From Candidatus Latescibacterota bacterium (lineage in GTDB: Bacteria; Latescibacterota; CBDEFO01): a stretch of 64,000 bases of DNA. The DNA is taken from the NCBI GenBank assembly GCA_965248755.1, contig OZ252149.1, forward strand, positions 1,856,001-1,920,000, written 5' to 3'. Below the pieces are notes generated by a model. It was given only the letters and a program-made list of their open reading frames with translations. It made no database searches and was not told where the DNA came from. Of the stretch, positions 48,370 to 58,526 are shown piece by piece (within the stretch, counting starts at the first letter, position 1; every line of letters starts with the position of its first letter). The position numbers were made by a program, and so were the translations under genes.

Positions 48370-50937
48370 ATGCACAGGCCAGGCATTCTGTCAACTATTG
48401 CGATAACCGCAGTAATACTATCATCCTTCATCTCTGAGAGGGACGCTATGGCAGCCACCGGAGGGAAAGAAGACGTAAAAAACAAACTGGAGGCGGTGTT
48501 AGAACGGCTCAAACACAAGCAGGGGTTACTGGCCCGCCCGGGGCCTTCGGAGAAGGCATGGGCGGTGGGACACGTGGGGCTGACGCTGGCACGAGGGGCG
48601 GCAGCAGAGGCTCAAAAAGAGGCTCAAGCAGGGAGATTCACAGAGGCGCTGTCAGCCGTCGAGTCTTGCGAGAAGCTCCTCGACGCAAGTACGGACGAGG
48701 CCAAACTTACGCAAGGAGGGGGTGTGTCGGTTGGAACGGTGCTGGGACACCCGTACATGGGCAATAAGAGGGCAGCTTACGTGTGGGCAAAGCCAGAAGA
48801 CGGTGCGGGTCTCATGAGCATCTTCGACAGAGAAAGGTCGCGGGAACTCCTAACTCCAGATCCTACAAGCGCGGCGCTCTGGGAGGTCATGGTCACTGAG
48901 GATCCTCAAGAACTTTGCAGAGATAACATGAAGGAGGGCGACTCTGATACCTCTTTCTGGTCGTGGGACCTGATAATGAAGAGGTTATCCACTTTTTCAA
49001 ACCAGGGGAGACCCTGCACGGTGAAATTCCACGCAGACGAGGCGGGAGGCCGACTGGTCTTCCGGTGGTCAAAGGACATAACTGTAGAGGTCGAGCAGCG
49101 CCTGGTTTCTGAAGAAGCCCTTCTGCGAGGAAGGATCGAGACACGCGCTAAGCAGAAGAAAACGGGACCCATGGTGGTTAATTTCCCGGTAGTGACCGGC
49201 ATCAAACCGCTCACGCCGGATTCGATCGGAGACCAGATCCTGCACACGGGCAGATTCGGAGACCTGAAGCCGTCTCCGCTTACCAGCGGTAAGACGCCCG
49301 AGCACACGTCGTGCCCCCCCGCGATGCAGTTCACTGCGCTCTTTGGAGACGGGCAGGGCCTCTACTTCGCGGATCACGACGGCCAGGGCAACCGCAAGCT
49401 GCTTACATGGACAGCCTACTCCGAAAAAGCCGGCGCCGGGTCAGCCTACTCCGAAAAAGCCTACTACGAAAAAGTCCACGCAGACGCAGACCTGCTCATG
49501 TTCTCGATCGAGCATCCGGTCCCGGACTGGGGCAGCGATAAGCCGCCAAATGAGTATCGTTCCCCGGGAGATCTGGTCCTGGGACCGTTCCCCGGAGATT
49601 GGTACGACGCAGCAAGGATATATCGGAAATGGGCGCTTACGGCTCCGTGGTGTGCCAAGGGTCCGATATACGAGCGGGCGGACTACCCGAAGTGGTTCCT
49701 GGAAGCGCCTTACTGGACGTTCGGCAACCTGGGCGCAGAAGAGGGCATAGAGGCGGCGCTCGAAAAGCAGGCCTTCTACGAGGTCCCCACGATGATCTCG
49801 CACGTCTATAACTACTACTTTCCGATGCACCAGGACGACCGGTATCCCGAATACTTCCCGCCCAGGCTCGGTTCTGTGGGATTGAAAGAAACGGTCAAGC
49901 GCCTTCAGGAAAAGGGCATCAGGATCGTCCCCTACGTGAACGGCACGCTTGTGGACATGGATACCGACAGCTTTAGAATGGAGCACGCAGAGAGAGAGGG
50001 GGCGCTCTGGCTGACCCCCGACGCGGAAGTGAACATCACCACCCGCTACGGCGGCGGCGCCTCCATGATGAGGATGTGTCCGGGAAGCCCGCACTGGAGA
50101 AAGCAGATGCTGGACGACACCCGCGAGCTGATCGGCAGATACGGGATGGACGGGATCTACGTAGACTTCCTCACCGACCATCTGTTAGACTGCTTCAACA
50201 AGGACCACGGACACTCAATCTCCGGAGGAAACTTCTGGACCAAGGCGGTTCACGACCTCTACGAGGAGATGCACAAGGTCGGCAAGGAACTCAACCCCGA
50301 CTTCATACTCACAAGCGAGGGAGTGGGCGAATACTGCATAGACGTTCACGAGGTATTCTTCTGCAACGGGACGACGGGAAGCTCAGCGCCGCTCTTTCAC
50401 GCCGTCTATCACGGCTATTCCAACATCTACGGCGGAGTCTATGGCAAGACCGACCCTCTCCACGTGGGCCGCTGGTGGCTCATGGGGTCTCAGAACGGGT
50501 GGCACGGCGGCCATCTGGCGGCGGGCGCATACTACAGGGATCTCCTGAAGTGTCGATGGGAGTTCGGGACTCCCTACCTCGGATACGGAGAGATGCTCAG
50601 ACCCCCGAAAATAGAGGGCGAACTCCCGGAGGTCTCATCGACAAGCGGTTACGGGACGATCACAGTGCCGGCCGTCGAGGGGAGCGCATGGAAGGCCCCC
50701 GACGGCACGGTGGGCATATTCTTCCTCAACTATGACGAGGAGAAGGCGCACGACTTCGACTGGGCGGTAGATCTGGCTGAGACGGGGATAAATAAATCTA
50801 AGAAGCTCAGGATGTCCAGATGGACTCAAGCTTCCGGGCTGTCGCCGGTCAAGGAAGTCGAGGGAGGCAAACTGGCAGAGAAGATGAGGATCGAACCGTT
50901 GGGCACAATTGCACTCAAGCTGGAAGTAATAGAGTGA
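48370..50937 (+). CDS. secreted DUF6259-like putative glycoside hydrolase, copy 4
   Basis: Apparently identical to copy 1 over ~2.2 kb (offset 11008). Confidence 0.65.
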   Translation: MHRPGILSTIAITAVILSSFISERDAMAATGGKEDVKNKLEAVLERLKHKQGLLARPGPSEKAWAVGHVGLTLARGAAAEAQKEAQAGRFTEALSAVESCEKLLDASTDEAKLTQGGGVSVGTVLGHPYMGNKRAAYVWAKPEDGAGLMSIFDRERSRELLTPDPTSAALWEVMVTEDPQELCRDNMKEGDSDTSFWSWDLIMKRLSTFSNQGRPCTVKFHADEAGGRLVFRWSKDITVEVEQRLVSEEALLRGRIETRAKQKKTGPMVVNFPVVTGIKPLTPDSIGDQILHTGRFGDLKPSPLTSGKTPEHTSCPPAMQFTALFGDGQGLYFADHDGQGNRKLLTWTAYSEKAGAGSAYSEKAYYEKVHADADLLMFSIEHPVPDWGSDKPPNEYRSPGDLVLGPFPGDWYDAARIYRKWALTAPWCAKGPIYERADYPKWFLEAPYWTFGNLGAEEGIEAALEKQAFYEVPTMISHVYNYYFPMHQDDRYPEYFPPRLGSVGLKETVKRLQEKGIRIVPYVNGTLVDMDTDSFRMEHAEREGALWLTPDAEVNITTRYGGGASMMRMCPGSPHWRKQMLDDTRELIGRYGMDGIYVDFLTDHLLDCFNKDHGHSISGGNFWTKAVHDLYEEMHKVGKELNPDFILTSEGVGEYCIDVHEVFFCNGTTGSSAPLFHAVYHGYSNIYGGVYGKTDPLHVGRWWLMGSQNGWHGGHLAAGAYYRDLLKCRWEFGTPYLGYGEMLRPPKIEGELPEVSSTSGYGTITVPAVEGSAWKAPDGTVGIFFLNYDEEKAHDFDWAVDLAETGINKSKKLRMSRWTQASGLSPVKEVEGGKLAEKMRIEPLGTIALKLEVIE

Positions 50938-51875
50938 GAGCGAAGGCTCTCGTAACTCTTATGTATATCTTGATGGGCATGGCGGTGCAGGAAGACGTCC
51001 TGGCTCGGGCAGATGTCCCGGCGCGGGAAGATGCGGACAAAGTAGAACTGAAGACTCCCCTAAAGACTCCCAATCGCTGCGTTGCGGCCAGCGGCGCCGT
51101 AGGGGTCGCAGACGGTTGGGCCGACCGCATCGACCACACGAAAACCGGTATCCAGCTTGTCCTGATTCCGGCAGGCAGCTTCTCGATGGGCTCAAGGCAG
51201 GCCAGAGGAGGAAACTTCCCCCCACATGAGGTAGATGTCAAATATCCTTTCTATGTAGGTAAGACCGAGGTCACAAACGCCGCTTACCGCAGCTTCCTTG
51301 ATGCAACTTCTTACAACGGGAAAGGGGATACCGACCCGGCCTACGACCTCTATCTTCGCCACTTTCGGGGAAAGAGTCTCATGTCCAGCGACGACGACTA
51401 CCCGATCGTGTGGATAAGCTGGAACAACGCAGTGGCATTCTGCAAATGGGCGGGACTGAAACTCCCTACTGAAGCCCAGTGGGAGTACGCCTGCCGCGCC
51501 GGCACCACCACGCCCTACTACTTTGGCCAAGACGACAAGAACGCCGGCGACTATGGGTGGTCCCATACGAACAGCGAAGCCCTGACCCACCCTGTAGCCC
51601 TGAAGAAGCCCAACGCCTGGGGCCTTTACGACACGCACGGCAATGTCTGGGAATGGGTGGAGGACGATTTCGTGGGGAACTACGATGGCGCCCCTGTTGA
51701 CGGCTCCGCGCTCATAGCGGGCAAGCTGACGAAGGCGCTGCGAGGGGGGTCGTGGAGCAACAATACCAGGTTCTATGTGAGCGGCAGCTCCGGACGCTTT
51801 AACACCGCCCCCGGTAACGCCTCAAACGATGTGGGCTTCAGAGTTGCCCTGCCCATCAACACACCTGCACATTAG
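50934..51875 (+). CDS. secreted FGE-sulfatase/SUMF1-domain protein, copy 4
   Basis: Same motifs; longer N-terminal linker. Confidence 0.9.
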   Translation: MRAKALVTLMYILMGMAVQEDVLARADVPAREDADKVELKTPLKTPNRCVAASGAVGVADGWADRIDHTKTGIQLVLIPAGSFSMGSRQARGGNFPPHEVDVKYPFYVGKTEVTNAAYRSFLDATSYNGKGDTDPAYDLYLRHFRGKSLMSSDDDYPIVWISWNNAVAFCKWAGLKLPTEAQWEYACRAGTTTPYYFGQDDKNAGDYGWSHTNSEALTHPVALKKPNAWGLYDTHGNVWEWVEDDFVGNYDGAPVDGSALIAGKLTKALRGGSWSNNTRFYVSGSSGRFNTAPGNASNDVGFRVALPINTPAH

Positions 51876-52098
51876 AAGCGTCCAGTTCATAATGACCTAA
51901 ATTGAGTAACGTCATACTGTAGGGGGGAGGTCTGCCCCCGCAAGGTTGAATCAGGGGTCGTCCACTCGCCCCTGGACAATATCGCCTCTCTACGCCTCAG
52001 TCATTGCGAGGAGATTCACCCCGAAGCAATCTCGCTTTTACCTTCTGAACTGTCAAGTTTGTTCACTGGCTGAACCTTAAAAACTGAAAGGAAGTGAC

Positions 52099-53829
52099 AT
52101 GCAATGCAACTATCTTTGCGCCATAAGTATTCTGTTTTGCATGGGGGCCGCTATGTTTGATGCCCCCTCTGCGGCAGAGGAACAGACCGAGATTCTGAAG
52201 ATCACAGTCGGCCAGCCGACCCACCTCAGCCGTCTCGTTTACCAGAACACGGCGTCTGTGATGGTGTCGCGCACGGGCGTCGTGGCGGCGTTCTATCCAA
52301 ATCTGGTGAGCAGGGGTCCGAAGAAATACCGGGTCTCTACCGACGGCGGGCACACATGGAGCCCGGAGATGAAAGGCCCGCCGCAGTTGGGGGGAGGCCA
52401 CGACAGCGGCACACTTCGAGACGGCGGCGTCATCATGGCGACTAACGATCCGCAGCTCTCGGCCAGTGGCAAAGAAGGCTGGTACGACGTCACGTTCGTG
52501 CGCTTTGCGGACGATATGCTCAGCTGGGAGTTCGAACTCGTCCAGATTTACCTGCCCAACGCCGGGCCGACCTCTCTGGACGTTAAAAACCCCGGCCTCT
52601 CAAAGGGCAAGATGGTGCAGCTTCCAAACGGCGACATGCTGGCGCCGATGTACGGAGGCTTCAAAGGCGACAGCGAAAATATCCATCGGGCGATCCTCGT
52701 CCGGTCAACAGATCAGGGACGCACCTGGGAGTTCTACGCCTCGATTGCATATGAGCCGGTGGATCCGCACCCGGAGCTTCCCGGCCAATATTGCGGCGCC
52801 GGAGAACCCAGCATCACGCTGTTGCCCAACGGAAAGATGGTGGCAATGCTGCGTACGCAATATTCGCACTTACCCAGCGAATACAAGCCCATGGCGGTGT
52901 GCTGGTCCGACGATCTGGGAGTGACATGGACTAAACCGGTAACTACCCAGCCGCACCTGTTGAACATCTCGCCAACGCTGGCGGCGCTGGACAACGGTGT
53001 GGTGGCCATCCAGTACGGTCGGCCGGGGTTTCATGTCGCCTTCAGCACGGACGACGGACATACATGGCGCGACCGTGTCAGCTTTTCCCATCTGCCCGAG
53101 CCTTTCATCACGGGTCAGTTCGACATGATCAAAGTCGGCCCCAACGAGCTGGTCGCTATCGGAAGCGACAAGGAAGGTGTGAAGGTGTGGCCGCTATCTG
53201 TTGAAAGGATCATGGTCTCGCCTGCGCGCGTCACTCTGACCGGCCGAGTGGTGGGTGAAGGACTTGCGCCGGTGGTGGGTGCGTTGGTCGAGCGAGGCCC
53301 CAACCGATATACGGCCGACGATTGGCTGGAGCACGCCACCAAATTGGGGCCATGGAAAGCAACCCCACTTACCATCGGCTCTCCGGCACTGGGATACAGA
53401 TCTATCCGAAAGGAGAACGGCTATCCAACAGTGCAGACGGACGAAGAAGGTGAGTTCCGGTTCGAGTCCGTCAAACTCGGCGAATATGTGCTGACAGTTG
53501 AAGCCGAGGGTTACGCCCCCGAGCAACGTCACATCAAGCTGGATCCGGAAGCCAGGCCGGAACACTTCAGGCTCAAGCCAGGGCAGCTCGTGCGCGGAAA
53601 GGTCGTGGATGAGCGCGGTAAAGCGGTAGGCGGCGTCTGCGTCGTGCTGAATCTCTGGCACTGCCATACCGACCCTGACGGATTCTACCACTGGTCGGTC
53701 GAACCCCCCGCGCCGGAGCAGGTGACCATGCGAGTCTACAAGCGGTACAGCGGTCAATACGAGACAGTCAAGGCAACAGTGCCGTTCTCGCAGCTGGAGC
53801 GCCAGCCGATCATTCTGCAGACCAGATAA
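52099..53829 (+). CDS. secreted BNR/Asp-box sialidase-like propeller plus carboxypeptidase-regulatory-like domains
   Basis: Asp boxes STDGGHTW, STDQGRTW, SDDLGVTW, STDDGHTW; GRVV...GEYVLTVEAEGYAP. Confidence 0.8.
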   Translation: MQCNYLCAISILFCMGAAMFDAPSAAEEQTEILKITVGQPTHLSRLVYQNTASVMVSRTGVVAAFYPNLVSRGPKKYRVSTDGGHTWSPEMKGPPQLGGGHDSGTLRDGGVIMATNDPQLSASGKEGWYDVTFVRFADDMLSWEFELVQIYLPNAGPTSLDVKNPGLSKGKMVQLPNGDMLAPMYGGFKGDSENIHRAILVRSTDQGRTWEFYASIAYEPVDPHPELPGQYCGAGEPSITLLPNGKMVAMLRTQYSHLPSEYKPMAVCWSDDLGVTWTKPVTTQPHLLNISPTLAALDNGVVAIQYGRPGFHVAFSTDDGHTWRDRVSFSHLPEPFITGQFDMIKVGPNELVAIGSDKEGVKVWPLSVERIMVSPARVTLTGRVVGEGLAPVVGALVERGPNRYTADDWLEHATKLGPWKATPLTIGSPALGYRSIRKENGYPTVQTDEEGEFRFESVKLGEYVLTVEAEGYAPEQRHIKLDPEARPEHFRLKPGQLVRGKVVDERGKAVGGVCVVLNLWHCHTDPDGFYHWSVEPPAPEQVTMRVYKRYSGQYETVKATVPFSQLERQPIILQTR

Positions 53830-53957
53830 CTCGACAGCCAGATTTGGCGGTCAAGAAGGCAAAACACCTCTTACCTCCAGTCATTGCGAGGGGACTCGCT
53901 CCGAAGCAATCTCGGAGGAATTGTTCCTTGATTCCTTAGCCGATAGGACCAACAGAT

Positions 53958-55310
53958 ATGAGAGCATGTTCAAAAGTTTTCGTGATTGCATTCCTATCTT
54001 TGTCATTTGCTGGAAGTGCTTTTGCTCAAGATACATCATGGGTAGAAACATTATGGAAAGAAACATTGTGGAAAACAGTAATTGAAAAGGCAATAACACT
54101 CTACCAACAAGGTCAGTATGAGGAAGCAGTTGAGTTTGCCAAAGATGCTTTGAAAATAGCTGAGGAAAGTTTCGGTCCAGACCATCCCGATGTGGCGACC
54201 TCCTTGGACAATCTGGCGGGACTTTATCAAGCTCAGGGCAAGTATGCCGAGGCTGAGCCCCTTCAGAAGCGGGCACTGGCAATATGGGAGAAAGCTCGTG
54301 GAAAAGACCATCCCAGTGTGGCGGCCACCCTGAACAATCTGGCGTTACTTTACCAAACTCAGGGTAAGTATGTCGAGGCTGAGCCGCTTTACAAGCGAGC
54401 ACTGGAAATAGTAGAAAAAGCTCTTGGCCAAGACCATCCCGATGTGGCGACCTCCCTGAACAATCTGGCGGAACTTTACAGAGCTCAGGGCAAGTATGTC
54501 GAAGCTGAGCCCCTATACAAGCGGTCACTGGCAATATGGGAAGAAACCCTTGGCCAAGACCATCCTGATGTGGCTTACTCCCTGAGCGGTCTGGCGTTAC
54601 TTTACCAAGCCCAGGGCAAGTATGCCGAAGCTGAGCCGCTGTACAAGACAGCACTGGCAATAAGGGAAGAAGTCCTTGCCAAAGATCACCCCTATGTGGC
54701 GACTTCCCTGAACAATCTGGGGGCACTTTACCAAGCTCAGGGCAAGTATGCCGAGGCTGAGCCCCTGTACAAGAGAGCACTGGCAATATTGGAAAAAGCC
54801 CTTGGAAAAGACCATCCCGATGTGGCGCAATCCTTGAACAATCTGGCGTTACTTTATAAGACTCAGGGCAACTATGTCGAGGCTGAGCCCCTTTATAAGC
54901 GGTCACTGGCAATAATAGAAAAAGGCCTTGGAAAAGACCACCCCGATGTGGCGCAATTCCTGAACAATCTGGCGACACTGTATCATTCCCAGGGCAAGTA
55001 TGTCGAGGCTGAGCCCCTTCTCAAGCAAGCCTTGACAATATACGAGAAGGTCCTTGGAAAAGACCACCCCGATGTGGCGACCTCCGTAAATAATCTGGCG
55101 GAACTTTACAGAGCTCAGGGAAAGTATGCTGAAGCTGAGCCCCTTTACAAGCGGTCACTGGCAATATGGGAAAAAGCTCTTGGAAAAGACCATCCGCACG
55201 TGGCGACTGTGCTGGAGAATATGGTGGAGCCTTACGAGAAGATTGGAAAGGAAGATGAAGCCAAAAGTTTGGAAGAGCGTGCAGAAGGAATTCGTTCAAG
55301 AAACCAGTAA
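53958..55310 (+). CDS. secreted 42-aa TPR (kinesin-light-chain-like) protein, 8 internal repeats
   Basis: Signal peptide; DHPxVAxSLNNLAxLYxxQGKYxEAEPLxKRALAIxEKALG. Confidence 0.92.
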   Translation: MRACSKVFVIAFLSLSFAGSAFAQDTSWVETLWKETLWKTVIEKAITLYQQGQYEEAVEFAKDALKIAEESFGPDHPDVATSLDNLAGLYQAQGKYAEAEPLQKRALAIWEKARGKDHPSVAATLNNLALLYQTQGKYVEAEPLYKRALEIVEKALGQDHPDVATSLNNLAELYRAQGKYVEAEPLYKRSLAIWEETLGQDHPDVAYSLSGLALLYQAQGKYAEAEPLYKTALAIREEVLAKDHPYVATSLNNLGALYQAQGKYAEAEPLYKRALAILEKALGKDHPDVAQSLNNLALLYKTQGNYVEAEPLYKRSLAIIEKGLGKDHPDVAQFLNNLATLYHSQGKYVEAEPLLKQALTIYEKVLGKDHPDVATSVNNLAELYRAQGKYAEAEPLYKRSLAIWEKALGKDHPHVATVLENMVEPYEKIGKEDEAKSLEERAEGIRSRNQ

Positions 55311-55415
55311 TGGCAATGCTGCCATCTTTTTCCCGCCGTGGTGAACGTGAACAGCAACGACAGCAATCTCGCAGGAACTCTTCGTTGATTCCTTGAACCG
55401 AAGGGAACACCAGAT

Positions 55416-57242
55416 ATGAAAGTATTTTCAAAAGTTTTCGTGATTGCATCCCTATGTTTGTCGTTTGCCGCAACTGCTTTTCCCCAAGAAACATCATGGG
55501 AAACACTAAACAAAAAGGTAACAAGACTCTACCAACAAGGTCGGTATGAGGAAGGTGTTAAGTTTGCCAAAGAGGCTTTGAAAATAGCTGAGGAAGCTTT
55601 CGGTCCAGACCATCCCCGTGTGGCAACCTCTCTGAACGCTCTGGCGTTACTTTATGATTCCCAGGGCAAGTATGTCGAAGCTGAGCCCCTTAACAAGCGA
55701 GCACTGGAAATAAGGGAAGAAGCCCTTGGAAAAGACCATCCTGCAGTGGCGCAATCCCTGAACAATCTGGCAGAGGTTTATCATTCTCAGGGCAAGTATG
55801 TCGAAGCTGAGCCCCTTCATAAGCACGCACTGGAAATAAGGGAAGAAGCCCTTGGAAAAGACCATCCCAATGTGGCGACCTCCCTGAACAATCTCGCGGG
55901 ACTCTACAAAGTGCAGGGCAAGTATGTCGAAGCTGAGCATCTTTATGAGCGGGCACTGGCAATATGGGAAAGAGCCCTTGGAAAAGACCATCCCAGAGTG
56001 GCGACCTCCCTGAACAATCTGGCATTGCTTTATAATACCCAGGGAAAGTATGCCGAGGCTGAGCCGCTTTACAAGCGAGCACTGACAATAAAGGAAGAAG
56101 CTCTTGGAAAAGACCATCCCTATGTGGCGACCTCCCTGAACAATCTGGGGAAACTTTATCATTCGCAGGGCAAGTATGTCGAGGCAGAACCTCTTTATAA
56201 GCGGTCATTGGCAATAGTAGAAAAAGCTCTTGGGAAAGACCATCCCTATGTAGCGCAATCCCTGAACAATCTGGCGGCACTTTACCAAGCTAATGGCAAG
56301 TATGCCGAGGCTGAGCCCCTTAACAAGCGGGCACTGGCAATATGGGAAAAAGCTCTTGGAAAAGATCATCCCGATGTGGCGACCTCACTGAACAATCTGG
56401 CGGAACTTTACAGAACTCAGGGCAGGTATATCGAGGCTGAGCCACTTTACAAGCGGTCACTGGCAATAGATGAGAAGGCACTTGGGAAAGACCATCCCAG
56501 TGTAGCAACCTCGCTGAACAATCTGGCGGGACTTTACAGAGATCAGGGAAAGCATGCCGATGCTGAGCCACTTTACAAGCGAGCACTGGCAATAAGGGAA
56601 GAAGCTCTTGGAAAAGACCATCCCGACATGGCGCAAGCCCTGCACAATCTGGCAGATCTTTACAGGTCTCAGCGCAAGTATGTGGAGGCTGAGCGACTTT
56701 ACAAGCGAGCACTGGCAACATACGAGAAGACCCTTGGAAAAGACCATCCTGGGGTGGCGACAGCCCTGGGTAATCTGGCGAACCTTTACAAGTCTCAGGG
56801 CAAGCATGTCGCGGCTGAGCCCCTTTACAAGCGGTCAATTGCAATATACGAGAAAGTCCTTGGAAAAGACCATCCCGAAGTTGCGACATCCCTGAACGAT
56901 CTGGCGGGACTTTACGAAGCCCAGGGTAAGTATGCCGATGCTGAGCCACTTTACAAGCGAGCACTGGCAATATACGAGAAATTTCTTGGAAAAGACCATC
57001 CCTATGTGGCGACATCCCTGCACAATCTGGCTGGACTTTACACGGCTCAGGGCAAGTATGTCGAGGCTGAGTCTCTTTACAAGAGAGCGCTGGAAATAAT
57101 CGAGAAAGCCCTTGGAAAAGACCACCCCAACCTGGCGACTACCCTCGCGAACATGGCAGATCTTTACAAGAAGATTGGAAAGAATGACGAAGGGAAAAGG
57201 TTGGAAGAGCGTGCAGAAGGTATTCGTTCAAGAAACCAATGA
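55416..57242 (+). CDS. secreted 42-aa TPR protein, 12 internal repeats
   Basis: Same repeat, leader and ...GIRSRNQ cap. Confidence 0.92.
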   Translation: MKVFSKVFVIASLCLSFAATAFPQETSWETLNKKVTRLYQQGRYEEGVKFAKEALKIAEEAFGPDHPRVATSLNALALLYDSQGKYVEAEPLNKRALEIREEALGKDHPAVAQSLNNLAEVYHSQGKYVEAEPLHKHALEIREEALGKDHPNVATSLNNLAGLYKVQGKYVEAEHLYERALAIWERALGKDHPRVATSLNNLALLYNTQGKYAEAEPLYKRALTIKEEALGKDHPYVATSLNNLGKLYHSQGKYVEAEPLYKRSLAIVEKALGKDHPYVAQSLNNLAALYQANGKYAEAEPLNKRALAIWEKALGKDHPDVATSLNNLAELYRTQGRYIEAEPLYKRSLAIDEKALGKDHPSVATSLNNLAGLYRDQGKHADAEPLYKRALAIREEALGKDHPDMAQALHNLADLYRSQRKYVEAERLYKRALATYEKTLGKDHPGVATALGNLANLYKSQGKHVAAEPLYKRSIAIYEKVLGKDHPEVATSLNDLAGLYEAQGKYADAEPLYKRALAIYEKFLGKDHPYVATSLHNLAGLYTAQGKYVEAESLYKRALEIIEKALGKDHPNLATTLANMADLYKKIGKNDEGKRLEERAEGIRSRNQ

Positions 57243-57346
57243 TGGCAATGCTGCCATCTGTTTCCCGCCGTGGTGAACGTTAACAGCAACGACGGCAATC
57301 TCGGAGGAATTGTTCCTTGATTCCTTAGCCGATAGGAACAACAGAT

Positions 57347-58420
57347 ATGAGAGCATTTTCAAAAGTTTTCGTGATTGCATCCCTATGTTTGACCTTTGCC
57401 GCAAACTGCTCTTCCCCAGAAAGATCTGAATGGGAAAGACTAAACGAAAAGGCAGAAAGCCTCTACGAACAAGGTAGATATGAGGAAGCAGTTAAGTTTG
57501 CCAAAGAGGCTTTGCAAATAGCTGAGGAAAGTTTCGCTCCAGACCATCCCGAGGTGGCATTCCCCCTGAACAATCTGGCGGTACTATATAAGACTCAGGG
57601 CAAGTATGTCGAGGCTGAGCCACTTTATGAGCGAGCACTGGCAATTAGGGAAGAAGCCTTTGGAAAAGACCATCCCGATGTGGCGCAATCCCTGAACAAT
57701 CTGGCGGTACTTTATGATTCGCAGGGCAAGTATGCCGAGGCTGAGCCCCTTTACAAGCGGTCACTCGCAATATGGGAAAAAGCCCTTGGCAAAGACCATC
57801 CAGGTGTGGCAACCTCCCTGAACAATCTGGCGGTACTTTATGATTCGCAGGGCAAGTATGCCGAGGCTGAACCCCTTTATAAGCGTTCACTGGCAATATT
57901 GGAAGAAGCCCTTGGAAAAGACCATCCCGATGTGGCGCAATCTCTGAATAATCTGGCGTTACTTTATAAGACTCAGGGCAACTATGTCGAGGCTGAGCCC
58001 CTTTACAAGAGGTCACTGGCAATATTGGAAAAAGCCCTTGGAAACGATCACCCGTATGTGGCGACTTCCCTGAACAATCTGGCGGAACTTTACAGAACTC
58101 AGGGCAAGTATGACGACGCTGAGCCCCTTCATAAGCGAGCACTGGCAATAGGGGGAAAAACCCTTGGGAAAGACCACCCTGATGTCGCTAACTCCCTGAA
58201 CAATCTGGCGGCACTTTATTATTCTCAGGGCAAGTATGATGAGGCTGAGCCCCTTTACAAGCGAGCACTGGCAATAATGGAAAAAGCTCTTGGTAAAGCT
58301 CATCCTGATGTGGCGGATGTGTTGGAGAATATGTCAGAGCTTTACGAGAAGATTGGAAAGGAAGATGAAGCCAAAAGGTTGGAAGGGCGTGCAAGAGGAA
58401 TTCGTTCAAGAAACCAGTGA
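57347..58420 (+). CDS. secreted (possibly lipoprotein) 42-aa TPR protein, 6 internal repeats
   Basis: Leader ends FAANCSSP; same repeat. Confidence 0.92.
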   Translation: MRAFSKVFVIASLCLTFAANCSSPERSEWERLNEKAESLYEQGRYEEAVKFAKEALQIAEESFAPDHPEVAFPLNNLAVLYKTQGKYVEAEPLYERALAIREEAFGKDHPDVAQSLNNLAVLYDSQGKYAEAEPLYKRSLAIWEKALGKDHPGVATSLNNLAVLYDSQGKYAEAEPLYKRSLAILEEALGKDHPDVAQSLNNLALLYKTQGNYVEAEPLYKRSLAILEKALGNDHPYVATSLNNLAELYRTQGKYDDAEPLHKRALAIGGKTLGKDHPDVANSLNNLAALYYSQGKYDEAEPLYKRALAIMEKALGKAHPDVADVLENMSELYEKIGKEDEAKRLEGRARGIRSRNQ

Positions 58421-58526
58421 TGGCAATGCGGCCATCTGTTTCCCGCAGTTATGAACGTGAACAGCAACGACGGCAATGTGAGCAGGAATTCTTCCTTGAT
58501 TCCTTGAACCGAAGGGAACACCAGAT

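Noticed and set aside
37334..51700. Many recurring antisense and alternate-frame ORFs in the hydrolase/FGE array
   Set aside because: Shadows of GC-rich coding sequence that recur only because the genes are duplicated.
39963..51875. FGE-domain proteins as true formylglycine-generating enzymes
   Set aside because: The catalytic Cys pair after RGGS is absent (RGGSWSNNT...) and no sulfatase gene is adjacent.
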